From Streptomyces thermolineatus (GTDB taxonomy: Bacteria > Actinomycetota > Actinomycetes > Streptomycetales > Streptomycetaceae), in the NCBI RefSeq assembly GCF_039533165.1, contig NZ_BAAATA010000012.1: DNA of 64,000 bases; one strand, written 5' to 3'. Shown here piece by piece: positions 10,071-19,050 of this stretch (positions are counted from its first letter, which is position 1; the number at the start of each line of letters is the position of its first letter). Made by a program: the position numbers and the translations under genes. Under the pieces are notes generated by a model that was not told the origin of the DNA, searched no databases, and worked only from the letters and a program-made list of their open reading frames with translations.

Positions 10071-12626
10071 ATGACGCCGACGCCCGAGCAGCACCGGCCC
10101 GAACAGCACCGGCCCGAACCGGCCCCCGCCGGAACGGCCCCGGCGGCCCCGGCGGTGCCCACCGCGACGTACCGGCTGCAGCTCCAGCCGGACTTCCCCC
10201 TGTCCGCGGCCGAGGCCGCCGTCCCCCGTCTGGCCGCACTGGGCGTCTCGCACCTGCACCTGTCCCCGGTGCTCCGGGCCTGTCCCGGCTCCACCCACGG
10301 CTACGACGTGGTCGACCACACCCGGATCGGCGAGGAGATCGGCGGCGAGGACGCCCTGCGCTCCCTGGCCCGCACCGCCCGCGCGCACGGCATGGGGCTG
10401 GTCGTGGACGTCGTGCCCAACCACATGGCCGTCCCCGTCCCCGAGCACCTGAGCGAACCGCTGTGGGAGGTGCTGCGCGACGGCCCCGGGTCCCGCTTCG
10501 CCGACTGGTTCGACATCGACTGGGCGGCGCAGGAGGGCCGGCTGCTGCTGCCCGTCCTCGGCGGCCGGCTGGGTCCCGAGCTCGGCGCCCTGGAGACCGG
10601 CACCGCCACCGTCCGGGGCCGGGAGGAGAGGGTGCTGCGCTACCACGACCACGTCTTCCCGCTGCGGCCCGGCACCGAGGACCTGCCCCTGCCCGGGCTG
10701 CTGGAGCACCAGTGGTACCGCCTGGCCTGGTGGCGGCTGGCCCGCACCGAGCTCAACCACCGCCGCTTCTTCACCATCTCCGACCTCATCGGGGTGCGCG
10801 TGGAGGACGAGGCGGTCTTCGCCGCCACCCACGGCAAGCTCCTGGAACTCGTCCGCGACGGGGTCGTGGACGGCCTGCGCGTGGACCACCCCGACGGCCT
10901 CGCCGACCCCCGCGGCTACCTGCGCCGCCTGCACGCGGCCACCGGCGGGCGGTGGACCGTGGTGGAGAAGATCCTCGGCCCCGGCGAACCCCTGCCCGCA
11001 GACTGGCCCTGCGCGGGCACCACCGGCTACGACGCGCTCAAGCACGTCGACGGCCTGTTCGTCGACCCGGCGGGCGCCGCCCGCCTGGCCGAGGTGTGGA
11101 CCGACTTCGCCCGCCTCCCCGCCACCCTGGGCGGCAACTGGGCGGCCACCGTCGCCCGCGCCACCGAGGAGGTCGTCACCGAGGACCTGGCGACCGAGGT
11201 CGCCCGCCTGGTCCGCGCCGCCGACCGCGTCTGCTCGAAGGATCCGCAGCTGGCGGACCACGCCCCGTGGGCGCTGCGCACCGCCGTGCGGGGGCTGCTG
11301 GCGGGCATCCCCGTCTACCGCCCCTACGTCGTCCCCGGCGAGCCCGCCCCCGAACGCGACGCCGCCCTGCTGGAGGCCGCCGCCGGGCCCGCCCGCGCGG
11401 CCTTCGCCGTCCCCGAGGAGGCGCACGCGGTCGACGTCGTGCGCGACCTGGCGCTCGGGCGGCTCGGCCGCGGCCCCGACCACGACGACTTCGCCGTCCG
11501 CTTCGCCCAGGTCTCCTCCGCGCTGCGCGCCAAGGCGGTCGAGGACACCGCCTTCTACCGCTGGCACCCGCTGCTGGGCGTGAACGAGGTCGGCGGCGAC
11601 CCGGCGCGCCCCGGCACCTCCCCGGAGGACTTCCACGCCTTCGCCGCCCGCATCCAGCGCGACTGGCCGGCCACCGCCACGGTGCTGTCCACCCACGACA
11701 CCAAGCGCAGCGCGGACGTGCGCGCCCGGCTGGCCGTGCTGTCCGAGGTGCCCGAACTGTGGCGCGAGTGGCTGGAGAAGGAGTCCGCGGCCGACGGGCG
11801 CGGCAGGCCCGCCGCCCCGGACCGCCAGGTGGAGTACCTGGTGCGGCAGACCGCGATCGGCCTGGGGCACTGCGACGCGGAACGGCTGGTGCCCGCCATG
11901 CTGAAGTCGGTGCGCGAGGCCCGCCTGCGCACCGGCTGGACCACCGCGGACCCCGACTACGAGGCCGCCGTGGAGGCGTTCGTCCGCGGCCTGTGCGAGG
12001 ACGAGGAACAGGTGGCCGCCCTGGCCTCGTTCACCGCCGTCCTGGAACCGTACGCGCACGCCAACTCCCTCGGCGCCGCCCTGGTCCACCTGACGATGCC
12101 CGGCGTCCCCGACCTCTACCAGGGCTCCGAGCGGGAGCTGCTCACCCTCGTGGACCCGGACAACCGACGCCCGGTGGACTTCCCCCGTCCCTTCGACGCC
12201 GACGGGTTCGAACGCTCCTTGTCCCTGGGCCGGGGGCCCACCGGGAACCTGTCCGACCGCAAGCTCCGGCTGACCGCCACCGCCCTGCGGCTGCGCCGAG
12301 AGCACCCCGAGTGGTTCGGCGCCGGAGGCGGCTACGCCCCGCTGCACGCCCGCGGCCCGGCCGCCGAGCACCTGCTCGCCTTCCTCCGCGGCGGCGGGGA
12401 CGGCGAGGGCGGGACGGACGGCGGGGCCGGCGGGGCGATCACCGCCGTCGTCCGGCTCTCCCGCGACCTCGCGCAGTCCGGCGGCTGGCACGACACCGTC
12501 CTGGACCTGCCCAAGGGCCCCTGGACCGACCTGATCACCGGCGCCGTCCACCCCGCCGGCCCCAACCGCGCCTCGGCCCTCTTCGCCGGCGGCCCCGCCG
12601 TCCTCCTCGTGCCCACACCCCGCTGA
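10071..12626 (+). CDS. treY: malto-oligosyltrehalose synthase TreY
   Basis: TYRLQLQPDFPLSAAEAAVPRLAALGVSHLHLSPV and VVDVVPNHMAV are present. The length is 851 aa. The gene sits immediately downstream of glgX as in the treX-treY-treZ arrangement. Confidence 0.9.
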   Translation: MTPTPEQHRPEQHRPEPAPAGTAPAAPAVPTATYRLQLQPDFPLSAAEAAVPRLAALGVSHLHLSPVLRACPGSTHGYDVVDHTRIGEEIGGEDALRSLARTARAHGMGLVVDVVPNHMAVPVPEHLSEPLWEVLRDGPGSRFADWFDIDWAAQEGRLLLPVLGGRLGPELGALETGTATVRGREERVLRYHDHVFPLRPGTEDLPLPGLLEHQWYRLAWWRLARTELNHRRFFTISDLIGVRVEDEAVFAATHGKLLELVRDGVVDGLRVDHPDGLADPRGYLRRLHAATGGRWTVVEKILGPGEPLPADWPCAGTTGYDALKHVDGLFVDPAGAARLAEVWTDFARLPATLGGNWAATVARATEEVVTEDLATEVARLVRAADRVCSKDPQLADHAPWALRTAVRGLLAGIPVYRPYVVPGEPAPERDAALLEAAAGPARAAFAVPEEAHAVDVVRDLALGRLGRGPDHDDFAVRFAQVSSALRAKAVEDTAFYRWHPLLGVNEVGGDPARPGTSPEDFHAFAARIQRDWPATATVLSTHDTKRSADVRARLAVLSEVPELWREWLEKESAADGRGRPAAPDRQVEYLVRQTAIGLGHCDAERLVPAMLKSVREARLRTGWTTADPDYEAAVEAFVRGLCEDEEQVAALASFTAVLEPYAHANSLGAALVHLTMPGVPDLYQGSERELLTLVDPDNRRPVDFPRPFDADGFERSLSLGRGPTGNLSDRKLRLTATALRLRREHPEWFGAGGGYAPLHARGPAAEHLLAFLRGGGDGEGGTDGGAGGAITAVVRLSRDLAQSGGWHDTVLDLPKGPWTDLITGAVHPAGPNRASALFAGGPAVLLVPTPR

Positions 12627-12732
12627 GCCCCGCCCCCCTGCGACGCCGTTCCGGGACCGCCCGGAACGGCGCTACCCTGCTCCCGTCGCGCTGCAGTGGG
12701 GCAGCGGGCGCTGTACGTCGTCGGGGGGTGGC

Positions 12733-14619
12733 GTGGCCGGGTCAGGTATTCGGCCGACCGAGGCGGGGGACCCGCAGTCGTTCGGCCCTTATCGCGTGCT
12801 CGGGCGCCTCGGCTCCGGGGCCATGGGACGGGTGTACCTGGCGTCCTCGCCCGGCGGCCGGCTGGTCGCGGTGAAGACGCTGCTGGCCGAGGCGGCGGTC
12901 GGCGACGCCGACCGGGAGCGGTTCGCCCGCGAGGTGAAGCTCGCCCGCCGGGTCAAGGACATCCACACCGTGGACGTGGTCGCCGCCGACGTCGAGGCGC
13001 GGCCGCCGTGGATGGCCACCGAGTACGTTCCCGCACCCTCGCTCGCCGAACTGGTGCAGCAGGCCGGCACGCTGCCCGCCGGCGCCGTCGAGCGGGTGGC
13101 CGCCGGCGCGGCGGAGGCCCTGCTCTGCCTGCACCGGGCGGAGGTCGTCCACCGGGACGTCAAACCGTCCAACATCCTGCTGCCGCCGGACGGCCCGCGC
13201 CTGATCGACTTCGGCATCTCCCACGCGGCCGACACCACGCGGACCATGCTCACCCTGGGCACCATCGCCTTCACCTCGCCCGAGCAGGCGAGCGGCGAGC
13301 CGAGCACCACGGCCTCGGACGTCTACTCGCTGGGCGCCACACTGTTCCACCTCGCGGTCGGCCGACCGCCCTACACCGAGGTGGGCGACACGCTGCGGCT
13401 GCTGTCGCAGGTCTCGCGGGGGCAGGTGGACCTGTCCGGCCTGCCGCCCGAACTGGAACCGCTGATCCTCCCGTGCCTGAGGACGGACCCGGAGGAACGC
13501 CCGGAGCCCGCGCGGATCGTCGGGCAGCTCGCCGGCGCCCTCGCCGGCGGGCCGGCGTCGCCGGGCGGCACGGGCTGGCTGCCCCCGGCGTGGGCCCGGC
13601 TCGTCGACGAGTACGGGCGCCGCGGGCAGGAGCTGCAAAGGGGCGCGGCCCGGGCGTCGTCGCCGGACGCACCGACCGAGAACCTCAGGAACCGCGGGGC
13701 CTCCGGCTCCCCCACGCGCCCCTACACCCGCCTCCACGACCACCCGCGCCAGGACGAGGAGCAGCAGCGCCCGGACGAGGAGCAGCAGCACCCGGACGGG
13801 GGCCGTCCGCGCCAGGACGGGGGCCGTCCGCGTCCGCAGGGGGTTCGGCCACGCCCCGAGAGGGTGCGTCCGAGCACCGGGACCGGCTCCCCGGCAGGGG
13901 CCGTCCCCGCGGCCGCCGAGGAGACCCGGAGGACCGAGAAGGCGCAGAAGGGCTGGGGAGGCGTTCTCCTCCTCGTCGCGGCCGTCTGGTTCTTCGCCCT
14001 CTACCAGCAGAACCAGGACGACGACCCGTCAGCGGGGGCGGCGAGCACGGGCTCGAGTGCGGGTTCGAGCGCGGGCACGGGCTCGCAGGGGTACTACACG
14101 CCGCCGCCCTCGCCCACCCCCGATCCGGAGGACCTCGCCTTCCGGGCGGTGAGCCCCGGCGACTGCCTCGACGCCTACCAGGACGGCGAGGACTGGAACA
14201 CCGACGTGCCCCGGACCGTCGACTGCGACGCGGCCAGCGCCTACTTCTGGGTGTCCGACACCTCGGACTCCTTCGGCTCGGACTGCCCGACGGGCGCGGG
14301 GCGCAGCTACTGGTCCCACGTGGGGACCACCGGCAGCACCACGCTGTGCGTGCAACGCCAGTTCCGCGAGGGCCAGTGCTTCGTGGTGAAGCAGTCGGAC
14401 AAGGGCGCCGTCCAGGACGGGCTGCTCACGAACGTGTGGAACTGCGACGCGGACACCGTCCCGTCGGGCTACAACCAGATACTCCGGATCACCGGCTACT
14501 ACAAGGCGCCGAAGACGATCCCGCGCGGGTTCTGCTCCGAGGACCAGTACGACCGGACCTCCTACTGGACCTGGGAGGTCGACGACGGCAAGTCCGTCCT
14601 GTGCACCACGGTCGCCTGA
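12733..14619 (+). CDS. Ser/Thr protein kinase with Cys-rich extracellular C-terminal domain
   Basis: The Gly-loop GRLGSGAMGRVYLA, VAVK, HRDVKPSNILL and DFG are present. A Pro/Arg-rich linker and a TM segment (VLLLVAAVWFFALY) follow. The ~200-aa extracytoplasmic domain contains 8 Cys. Confidence 0.8.
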   Translation: MAGSGIRPTEAGDPQSFGPYRVLGRLGSGAMGRVYLASSPGGRLVAVKTLLAEAAVGDADRERFAREVKLARRVKDIHTVDVVAADVEARPPWMATEYVPAPSLAELVQQAGTLPAGAVERVAAGAAEALLCLHRAEVVHRDVKPSNILLPPDGPRLIDFGISHAADTTRTMLTLGTIAFTSPEQASGEPSTTASDVYSLGATLFHLAVGRPPYTEVGDTLRLLSQVSRGQVDLSGLPPELEPLILPCLRTDPEERPEPARIVGQLAGALAGGPASPGGTGWLPPAWARLVDEYGRRGQELQRGAARASSPDAPTENLRNRGASGSPTRPYTRLHDHPRQDEEQQRPDEEQQHPDGGRPRQDGGRPRPQGVRPRPERVRPSTGTGSPAGAVPAAAEETRRTEKAQKGWGGVLLLVAAVWFFALYQQNQDDDPSAGAASTGSSAGSSAGTGSQGYYTPPPSPTPDPEDLAFRAVSPGDCLDAYQDGEDWNTDVPRTVDCDAASAYFWVSDTSDSFGSDCPTGAGRSYWSHVGTTGSTTLCVQRQFREGQCFVVKQSDKGAVQDGLLTNVWNCDADTVPSGYNQILRITGYYKAPKTIPRGFCSEDQYDRTSYWTWEVDDGKSVLCTTVA

Positions 14620-14626
14620 CGGGCCC

Positions 14627-14672
14627 CGGGGCCGTCCGCCCGGGGCCGTCCGGGGCCGTCCGGGGCCGTCCG
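14627..14672. repeat. 10-bp tandem repeat x4 (CCGGGGCCGT)
   Basis: The repeat was read directly immediately after the Ser/Thr kinase stop codon. Confidence 0.8.
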
Positions 14673-14765
14673 GCGTGCCGCCGCGCATGCCCGTCGCGGC
14701 GGCGGGTACGACCCCTCCCGTGCGGGGGCGTCGCGGAAGCGGCCGAGGAGTGAGGGGTTTCGGAA

Positions 14766-15140
14766 GTGATTCGAAAGCTGCAGGCGGTCGCGCTGGACTG
14801 CGCCGACCCGGTACGGCTTGCGGAGTTCTACGCGGACCTGCTCGGCGGCCGGGTGGTCCCGGACCCGGAGGACCCCGGCTGGGTCGAGGTGCACGGGTTC
14901 GAGGGGACGCCGCTGGCCTGCCAGCGGGTGGACGGCTACCGGCCGCCCGAGTGGCCCGGCCAGGAGCGCCCGCAGCAGATCCACCTGGACTTCGACGTGG
15001 ACGATCTCGACGGGGAGGAGAAGCGGGCCCTCGCCCTCGGTGCGACCGTGCTGGAGCGGACGGACCGGATCCGTCCGGAGGCCAACTGGCGGGTCTACGC
15101 GGATCCGGCCGGCCATCCGTTCTGCCTCTGCCTCCACTGA
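14766..15140 (+). CDS. VOC (glyoxalase/bleomycin-resistance) family protein
   Basis: The ORF is 124 aa. AVALDCADPVRLAEFYADLLGG...HLDFDVDDLD is typical of VOC family small proteins. It uses a GTG start. Confidence 0.6.
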   Translation: MIRKLQAVALDCADPVRLAEFYADLLGGRVVPDPEDPGWVEVHGFEGTPLACQRVDGYRPPEWPGQERPQQIHLDFDVDDLDGEEKRALALGATVLERTDRIRPEANWRVYADPAGHPFCLCLH

Positions 15141-15198
15141 GCCTGCTGAGCCCGCCGGGCCGGCCCGCCGGTTCGTCCGCCGCGGGCCGGCCCGGTCC

Positions 15199-15816
15199 CT
15201 ACGACGGCACGGCCGGCTCCTTGCGGGGCCGGTCACCCGCCGCGGACCCGCAGAGCCTGTCCACGTGCATGTCGAGGATCCGCCGGGCCTCGTCCTGGCC
15301 GAGCTGCCCGAGGAGCACCTGGACGGTGAGGCCGTCGGCGAGGGCGAGCAGCGTGCGCGCCTCCAGTTCGGCGTCCACGGCAGTGCCGGCGGCTTCCCGG
15401 ACCAGGCGGGCGAGCAGGCCCTGCACCGCCGGGTAGCCGTCCCGGAGGATCCCCGCCATCGCGGGGGTGACGGCGGCGCGGGCGACGAACGCCAGCCAGA
15501 CCTGCGCCTCCGGGCGCCGCTCGGCGCCGAGCAGGGCGAGGTCCCCGGCCACGCGGGCCAGGGCCGGGGCGGGCGGTGACGGTTCGTCGGCGGCCGCGCG
15601 CACCCTGGCGGCGAACGCCTCGCTGACGTGCGCCAGGGCGAGGGCGAGCATCTCGTCCTTGGTGCGGAAGCTGCGCTGGACGGCCCCCATGGACATCCCG
15701 GCCTGCCGGGCGACGTCGCGCAGGGTGACGCCCTCCAGTCCGTGCTCGTCGGCCAGCGCGTACACCGCCTCGATCACCCGGCGCCGTCGCTGTTCGTGGT
15801 CCACCTGCTTGGGCAT
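15199..15816 (-). CDS. TetR family transcriptional regulator
   Basis: The N-terminal HTH reads RRRVIEAVYALADEHGLEGVTLRDVARQAGMSMGAVQRSFRTKDEML. The gene is divergent from the amidase gene. Confidence 0.85.
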   Translation of the reverse strand: MPKQVDHEQRRRRVIEAVYALADEHGLEGVTLRDVARQAGMSMGAVQRSFRTKDEMLALALAHVSEAFAARVRAAADEPSPPAPALARVAGDLALLGAERRPEAQVWLAFVARAAVTPAMAGILRDGYPAVQGLLARLVREAAGTAVDAELEARTLLALADGLTVQVLLGQLGQDEARRILDMHVDRLCGSAAGDRPRKEPAVPS

Positions 15817-15855
15817 GCCGCCTCCACCGCCCGCCGCTCCGGTCCCGTTCTTTTC

Positions 15856-15904
15856 CGATGCAAGTGCATCGGATACCAGTGTACGATCCGATGCACTCGC
15901 ATCG
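15856..15904. promoter_or_regulatory. two tandem palindromic operator-like sites in TetR/amidase divergent intergenic region
   Basis: CGATGCA-AG-TGCATCG at 15856..15871 is a perfect 7-bp inverted repeat. CGATGCA-CT-CGCATCG at 15889..15904 is a near-identical second site. Both lie between the TetR start (15816, minus) and the amidase GTG (15927). Confidence 0.55.
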
Positions 15905-15926
15905 GAAAACGGAGGGCCGCGTCACC

Positions 15927-17381
15927 GTGGGAACCGAACTCTGGAAGTGGACCGCCGCCGAACTGGCCGCCGCGGTCGCCTGCGGGGAGATCAGCGCCGC
16001 AGAGGTCGTCGAGAGCCACCTCGCCCGGATCGCCGAGGTCAACCCGGTGGTCAACGCCGTGACGCAGACGCTCGCCGACACCGCGCGCCGCGATGCCGAG
16101 GACCTCGACCGGCGGCGCGCGGCCGGCGAGCGGCCGGGCCCGCTGGCCGGCGTGCCGTTCACCGTGAAGGAGAACATCGGCATCGGCGGGGTGCCGACCA
16201 CGCACGGCCTGGCGCACTTCCGGGGGATGCGGGCCGGGGAGGACGCCCCGCCGGTGGCCCGGCTGCGGGCGGCGGGCGCGATCCCCGTCGGGCACAGCAA
16301 CATGCCCGACCTGACCGTGGGCGGGATGCACCCGCGCAGCGAACTGTTCGGGGAGACGCGCAACCCGTGGCACCCCGGCCGCACCCCCGGCGGCAGCAGC
16401 GGCGGCGACGGGGCCGCCGTGGCCTCCGGCATGGCACCGCTGGGACTGGGCAACGACTCGGGCGGCTCGATCCGCATCCCGGCCGCCTTCTGCGGTACGG
16501 CCGGGCTGAAACCCACGTACGGCCGCTTCCCCTCCGACCATCGCATCGGCCCGGACGACCCGGCCCTGGCCTCCCAGTTCGTGCCGGTGGACGGCCCCCT
16601 CGCCCGCACGGTCGGCGACCTGCGCCTGGCCTACGAGGCACTGGCCGGAACGGACCCGCGCGACCCGCGCGCCGTCCCCGTGCCGCTGTACGGGCCGGAA
16701 GCCGGGACGCGGCCGAGGGTGGCGGTGGTGGCCGACCCCGGCGGCCAGGGGGTGCACCCCGGCGTGCGGGCGGCGGTCGCCGCCGCGGCGGACGCCCTCC
16801 GGGACGCCGGGTACGAGGTGGAGGAGATCCCCGACGTCCCCCGCATGGCGGAGACCCTCGCGGCGTACGGCCACATGGTCATGACGGAGTTCGCGCTCGC
16901 CTGGCCGCGGATCCGCACGGTACTGCCCGAAAGCAGCCGCGCCTACATCGAGATGTCGATGGAACGGACCCCGCCCGTCGAACTCCCCGAGTACCTGCGG
17001 CTGACCGGTGTCCGCCTGGGCCTCCAGCGGGACTGGGCCCGCCTCTTCCAGCGGTACCGGCTGGTCCTCGGGCCGGTGTTCACCGAGCCGCCGGTCGAAC
17101 CGGGCCTGGAGTCCGGCAGCACGGACGGGCACGAGCGGGTGACCCGCGCGATGCGGCTGTGCACCGCGACCAGCTTCGTCGGGCTTCCGGCGGTGGCCGT
17201 CCCCGGCGGGGTCCTCGACGGGCTGCCGCAGGGGGTGCAGCTGATCGGGCCGATGTACAGGGAGGACCTGTGCCTGGCCGGCGCGGAGGCCGTCGAACGG
17301 CGGATCGGCGTGCTGACACCCGTCGAGCCCCGGCCGACCCCCGTCGAGCCCCGGTCCGGCGGCACTGCCCTGCTCGCGTGA
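15927..17381 (+). CDS. amidase (amidase-signature family)
   Basis: The signature GGSSGGDGAAVASGMAPLGLGNDSGGSIRIPAAFCG is present. The GTG at 15927 has a GGAGGG RBS 10 nt upstream. Confidence 0.8.
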   Translation: MGTELWKWTAAELAAAVACGEISAAEVVESHLARIAEVNPVVNAVTQTLADTARRDAEDLDRRRAAGERPGPLAGVPFTVKENIGIGGVPTTHGLAHFRGMRAGEDAPPVARLRAAGAIPVGHSNMPDLTVGGMHPRSELFGETRNPWHPGRTPGGSSGGDGAAVASGMAPLGLGNDSGGSIRIPAAFCGTAGLKPTYGRFPSDHRIGPDDPALASQFVPVDGPLARTVGDLRLAYEALAGTDPRDPRAVPVPLYGPEAGTRPRVAVVADPGGQGVHPGVRAAVAAAADALRDAGYEVEEIPDVPRMAETLAAYGHMVMTEFALAWPRIRTVLPESSRAYIEMSMERTPPVELPEYLRLTGVRLGLQRDWARLFQRYRLVLGPVFTEPPVEPGLESGSTDGHERVTRAMRLCTATSFVGLPAVAVPGGVLDGLPQGVQLIGPMYREDLCLAGAEAVERRIGVLTPVEPRPTPVEPRSGGTALLA

Positions 17382-17429
17382 CCGCCCCCCGGCTCGCGTG
17401 ACCGCCCCCCGCTCGCGTGACCGCCCTCC
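17372..17429. repeat. 19-bp tandem direct repeat x3 (GCTCGCGTGACCGCCCCCC) overlapping amidase stop codon
   Basis: Units lie at 17372..17390, 17392..17410 and 17411..17429. The third unit is slightly diverged (CCCTCC). The first unit contains the amidase TGA. Confidence 0.8.
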
Positions 17430-17447
17430 GGCCGGTGCCGCCCCGCC

Positions 17448-17690
17448 TCACCCCGGTGCGGGCGCCTCCGGCTCCAGCAACCGGGGAACCTCCCGCCGCA
17501 GCAGGTCGACGAAGGCGCGCACCGCGCCCCGGAACTCCACCCGGGCGAACGCGACCGCGTCCCGCCGCCAGGGCTCCCGGAACGACACCGCCCGGGCCGC
17601 CCGGCGGGCCTGCACCGCGCTGCGCACGGCGAGTTCGGCGTTCGGCAGGAGGAGCACGGAACCGGACGGGTGCTGGGCGTCCACCTGGTC
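17448..17690 (-). pseudogene. LysR-family regulator C-terminal fragment (remnant)
   Basis: The minus-strand translation reads PSGSVLLLPNAELAVRSAVQARRAARAVSFREPWRRDAVAFARVEFRGAVRAFVDLLRRE. This fits the LysR C-terminal co-inducer domain ending. No N-terminal HTH is present. The upstream frame overlaps other genes. Confidence 0.4.
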
Positions 17691-17873
17691 GGACCGCACG
17701 TGTCGGAGATGATCACGCAGAGCCAGCTGATCGTCGGCCGGCATGCCGAGCCCGCCGACGTGGCCCGGCACATCCACCCCCACCCCACGCTCTCCGAGGC
17801 CGTCGGCGAGGCGTTCCTCAGCCTGGCCGGCCGCGGACTCCACCAGCAGGCGCCCCGGCTCAGCGCTCCGTGA
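17640..17873 (+). pseudogene. dihydrolipoamide dehydrogenase (pyridine nucleotide-disulfide oxidoreductase) C-terminal fragment
   Basis: The ORF 17670..17873 translation VHLVGPHVSEMITQSQLIVGRHAEPADVARHIHPHPTLSEAVGEAF matches the dimerisation-domain C-terminus (HAHPTLSEA motif) of Lpd-type flavoproteins. The rest of the ~460-aa protein is absent. Confidence 0.5.
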
Positions 17874-18084
17874 GCGGCGCGGCGGACGCGGCGAAGGCGA
17901 CGAACGCCGTCCACGCCTCCGGGGAGAACGCGAGCGTCCCGCCCTCCCGGTCCTTGGAGTCCCGCACGCGGACGGCACCGGGGGCCACGGCGACCTCCAC
18001 GCACTCCCCGCCGTCGCCGCCGCTGTAACTGCTCTTGAACCAGGTCGGTTCAAGGACTGCGCCTTCGGACCGATCGTTGCTCAC
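17860..18084 (-). CDS. DUF397 domain protein
   Basis: The ORF is 74 aa. WFKSSYSGGDGGECVEVAV...VRVRDSKDREGGTLAFSPEAWTAF is the classic DUF397 pattern. Confidence 0.8.
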   Translation of the reverse strand: MSNDRSEGAVLEPTWFKSSYSGGDGGECVEVAVAPGAVRVRDSKDREGGTLAFSPEAWTAFVAFAASAAPLTER

Positions 18085-18896
18085 AGTTCCCCCAATACCT
18101 GCTCGATGAGGCTCACCGACTCTTCCGGGCTGAGGGCCTGGGCGCGCAGGATCCCGTAGCGCTGCATGAGCACACTCACCTCGTCCTGCTCGGAGATCAG
18201 GAAACTGCCGCGCTGGCCCTCGACGTAGGCCAGGTTACGGCGATCCTGGGTTTCCAGCAGCACCATCGGGCCTTCCAGTCCGGCATGCGTCTCCCGACAG
18301 GTCGGCATGACCTGGAGGGAGACGTTGCGCATCCGCGAGCATTCCAGCAGACGCCTCAACTGCCCCTCCATGACGGCGGAACCACCGATCGGTCGTCGGA
18401 CCACCACCTCCTCGATCACGAAACCCAGTACCGGGCGCGGCGTACGCGTCAGCAGAGTCTGGCGGTCGAGTCGCGCCGCAACGCGCCGCTCCACCTCGTC
18501 GTCGTCGGGCGGAGGACAACTGCCGCCGACCACCGCCCGGGCGTACTCCTCGGTCTGGAGCACGCCCGGGACGGTCTGGTTGCTGTACAAATACATGCTC
18601 ACCGCGTCCGCCTCCAGCATCGCGAAGTCCTGGAACCAGGACGGGTAGCGCGCCTGGGCGAGGAAGGATGCGCCGATCCTGAGCACGCCGCGTGCGTCCA
18701 GTGCCTCGTCGGCCTGGTCCACGAAGCCCTGCTGGGGGATCCGCCGGCCCTGCTCGACGGCGGCCACCATCGCCTCCGAGTACCCCACCCGCTCGCCGAG
18801 TTCGGCGCGGGAGAGCCCCGCACGCCCTCTGAGCAGCTTCAGTTGGCTGCCGAAGTACTTGAGTGTCGTCGAGCCCGCGTCGTTCCTGTTTCCCAT
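18081..18896 (-). CDS. XRE-family HTH regulator with DUF5753 C-terminal domain (WhiJ-like)
   Basis: From the ATG at 18896 the HTH reads LKYFGSQLKLLRGRAGLSRAELGERVGYSEAMVAAVEQGRRIP. A DUF5753-like C-terminal domain follows. There is a 4-bp overlap with the downstream DUF397 gene. Confidence 0.8.
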   Translation of the reverse strand: MGNRNDAGSTTLKYFGSQLKLLRGRAGLSRAELGERVGYSEAMVAAVEQGRRIPQQGFVDQADEALDARGVLRIGASFLAQARYPSWFQDFAMLEADAVSMYLYSNQTVPGVLQTEEYARAVVGGSCPPPDDDEVERRVAARLDRQTLLTRTPRPVLGFVIEEVVVRRPIGGSAVMEGQLRRLLECSRMRNVSLQVMPTCRETHAGLEGPMVLLETQDRRNLAYVEGQRGSFLISEQDEVSVLMQRYGILRAQALSPEESVSLIEQVLGEL

Positions 18897-19050
18897 TCCT
18901 GTCACCCCGTTCGCCGTCGTGTGTGTCCTCCAACTCCGCACGGGCGCAGGGGGTGACGGCGAGCGGCGCGTACCGGTCGGCCGTCACCGCAGACAGCGGT
19001 GCGGGTCCTCGGGAGAGACCTGGCCAGGGTAGGCGGCCTTACGGATCTTT

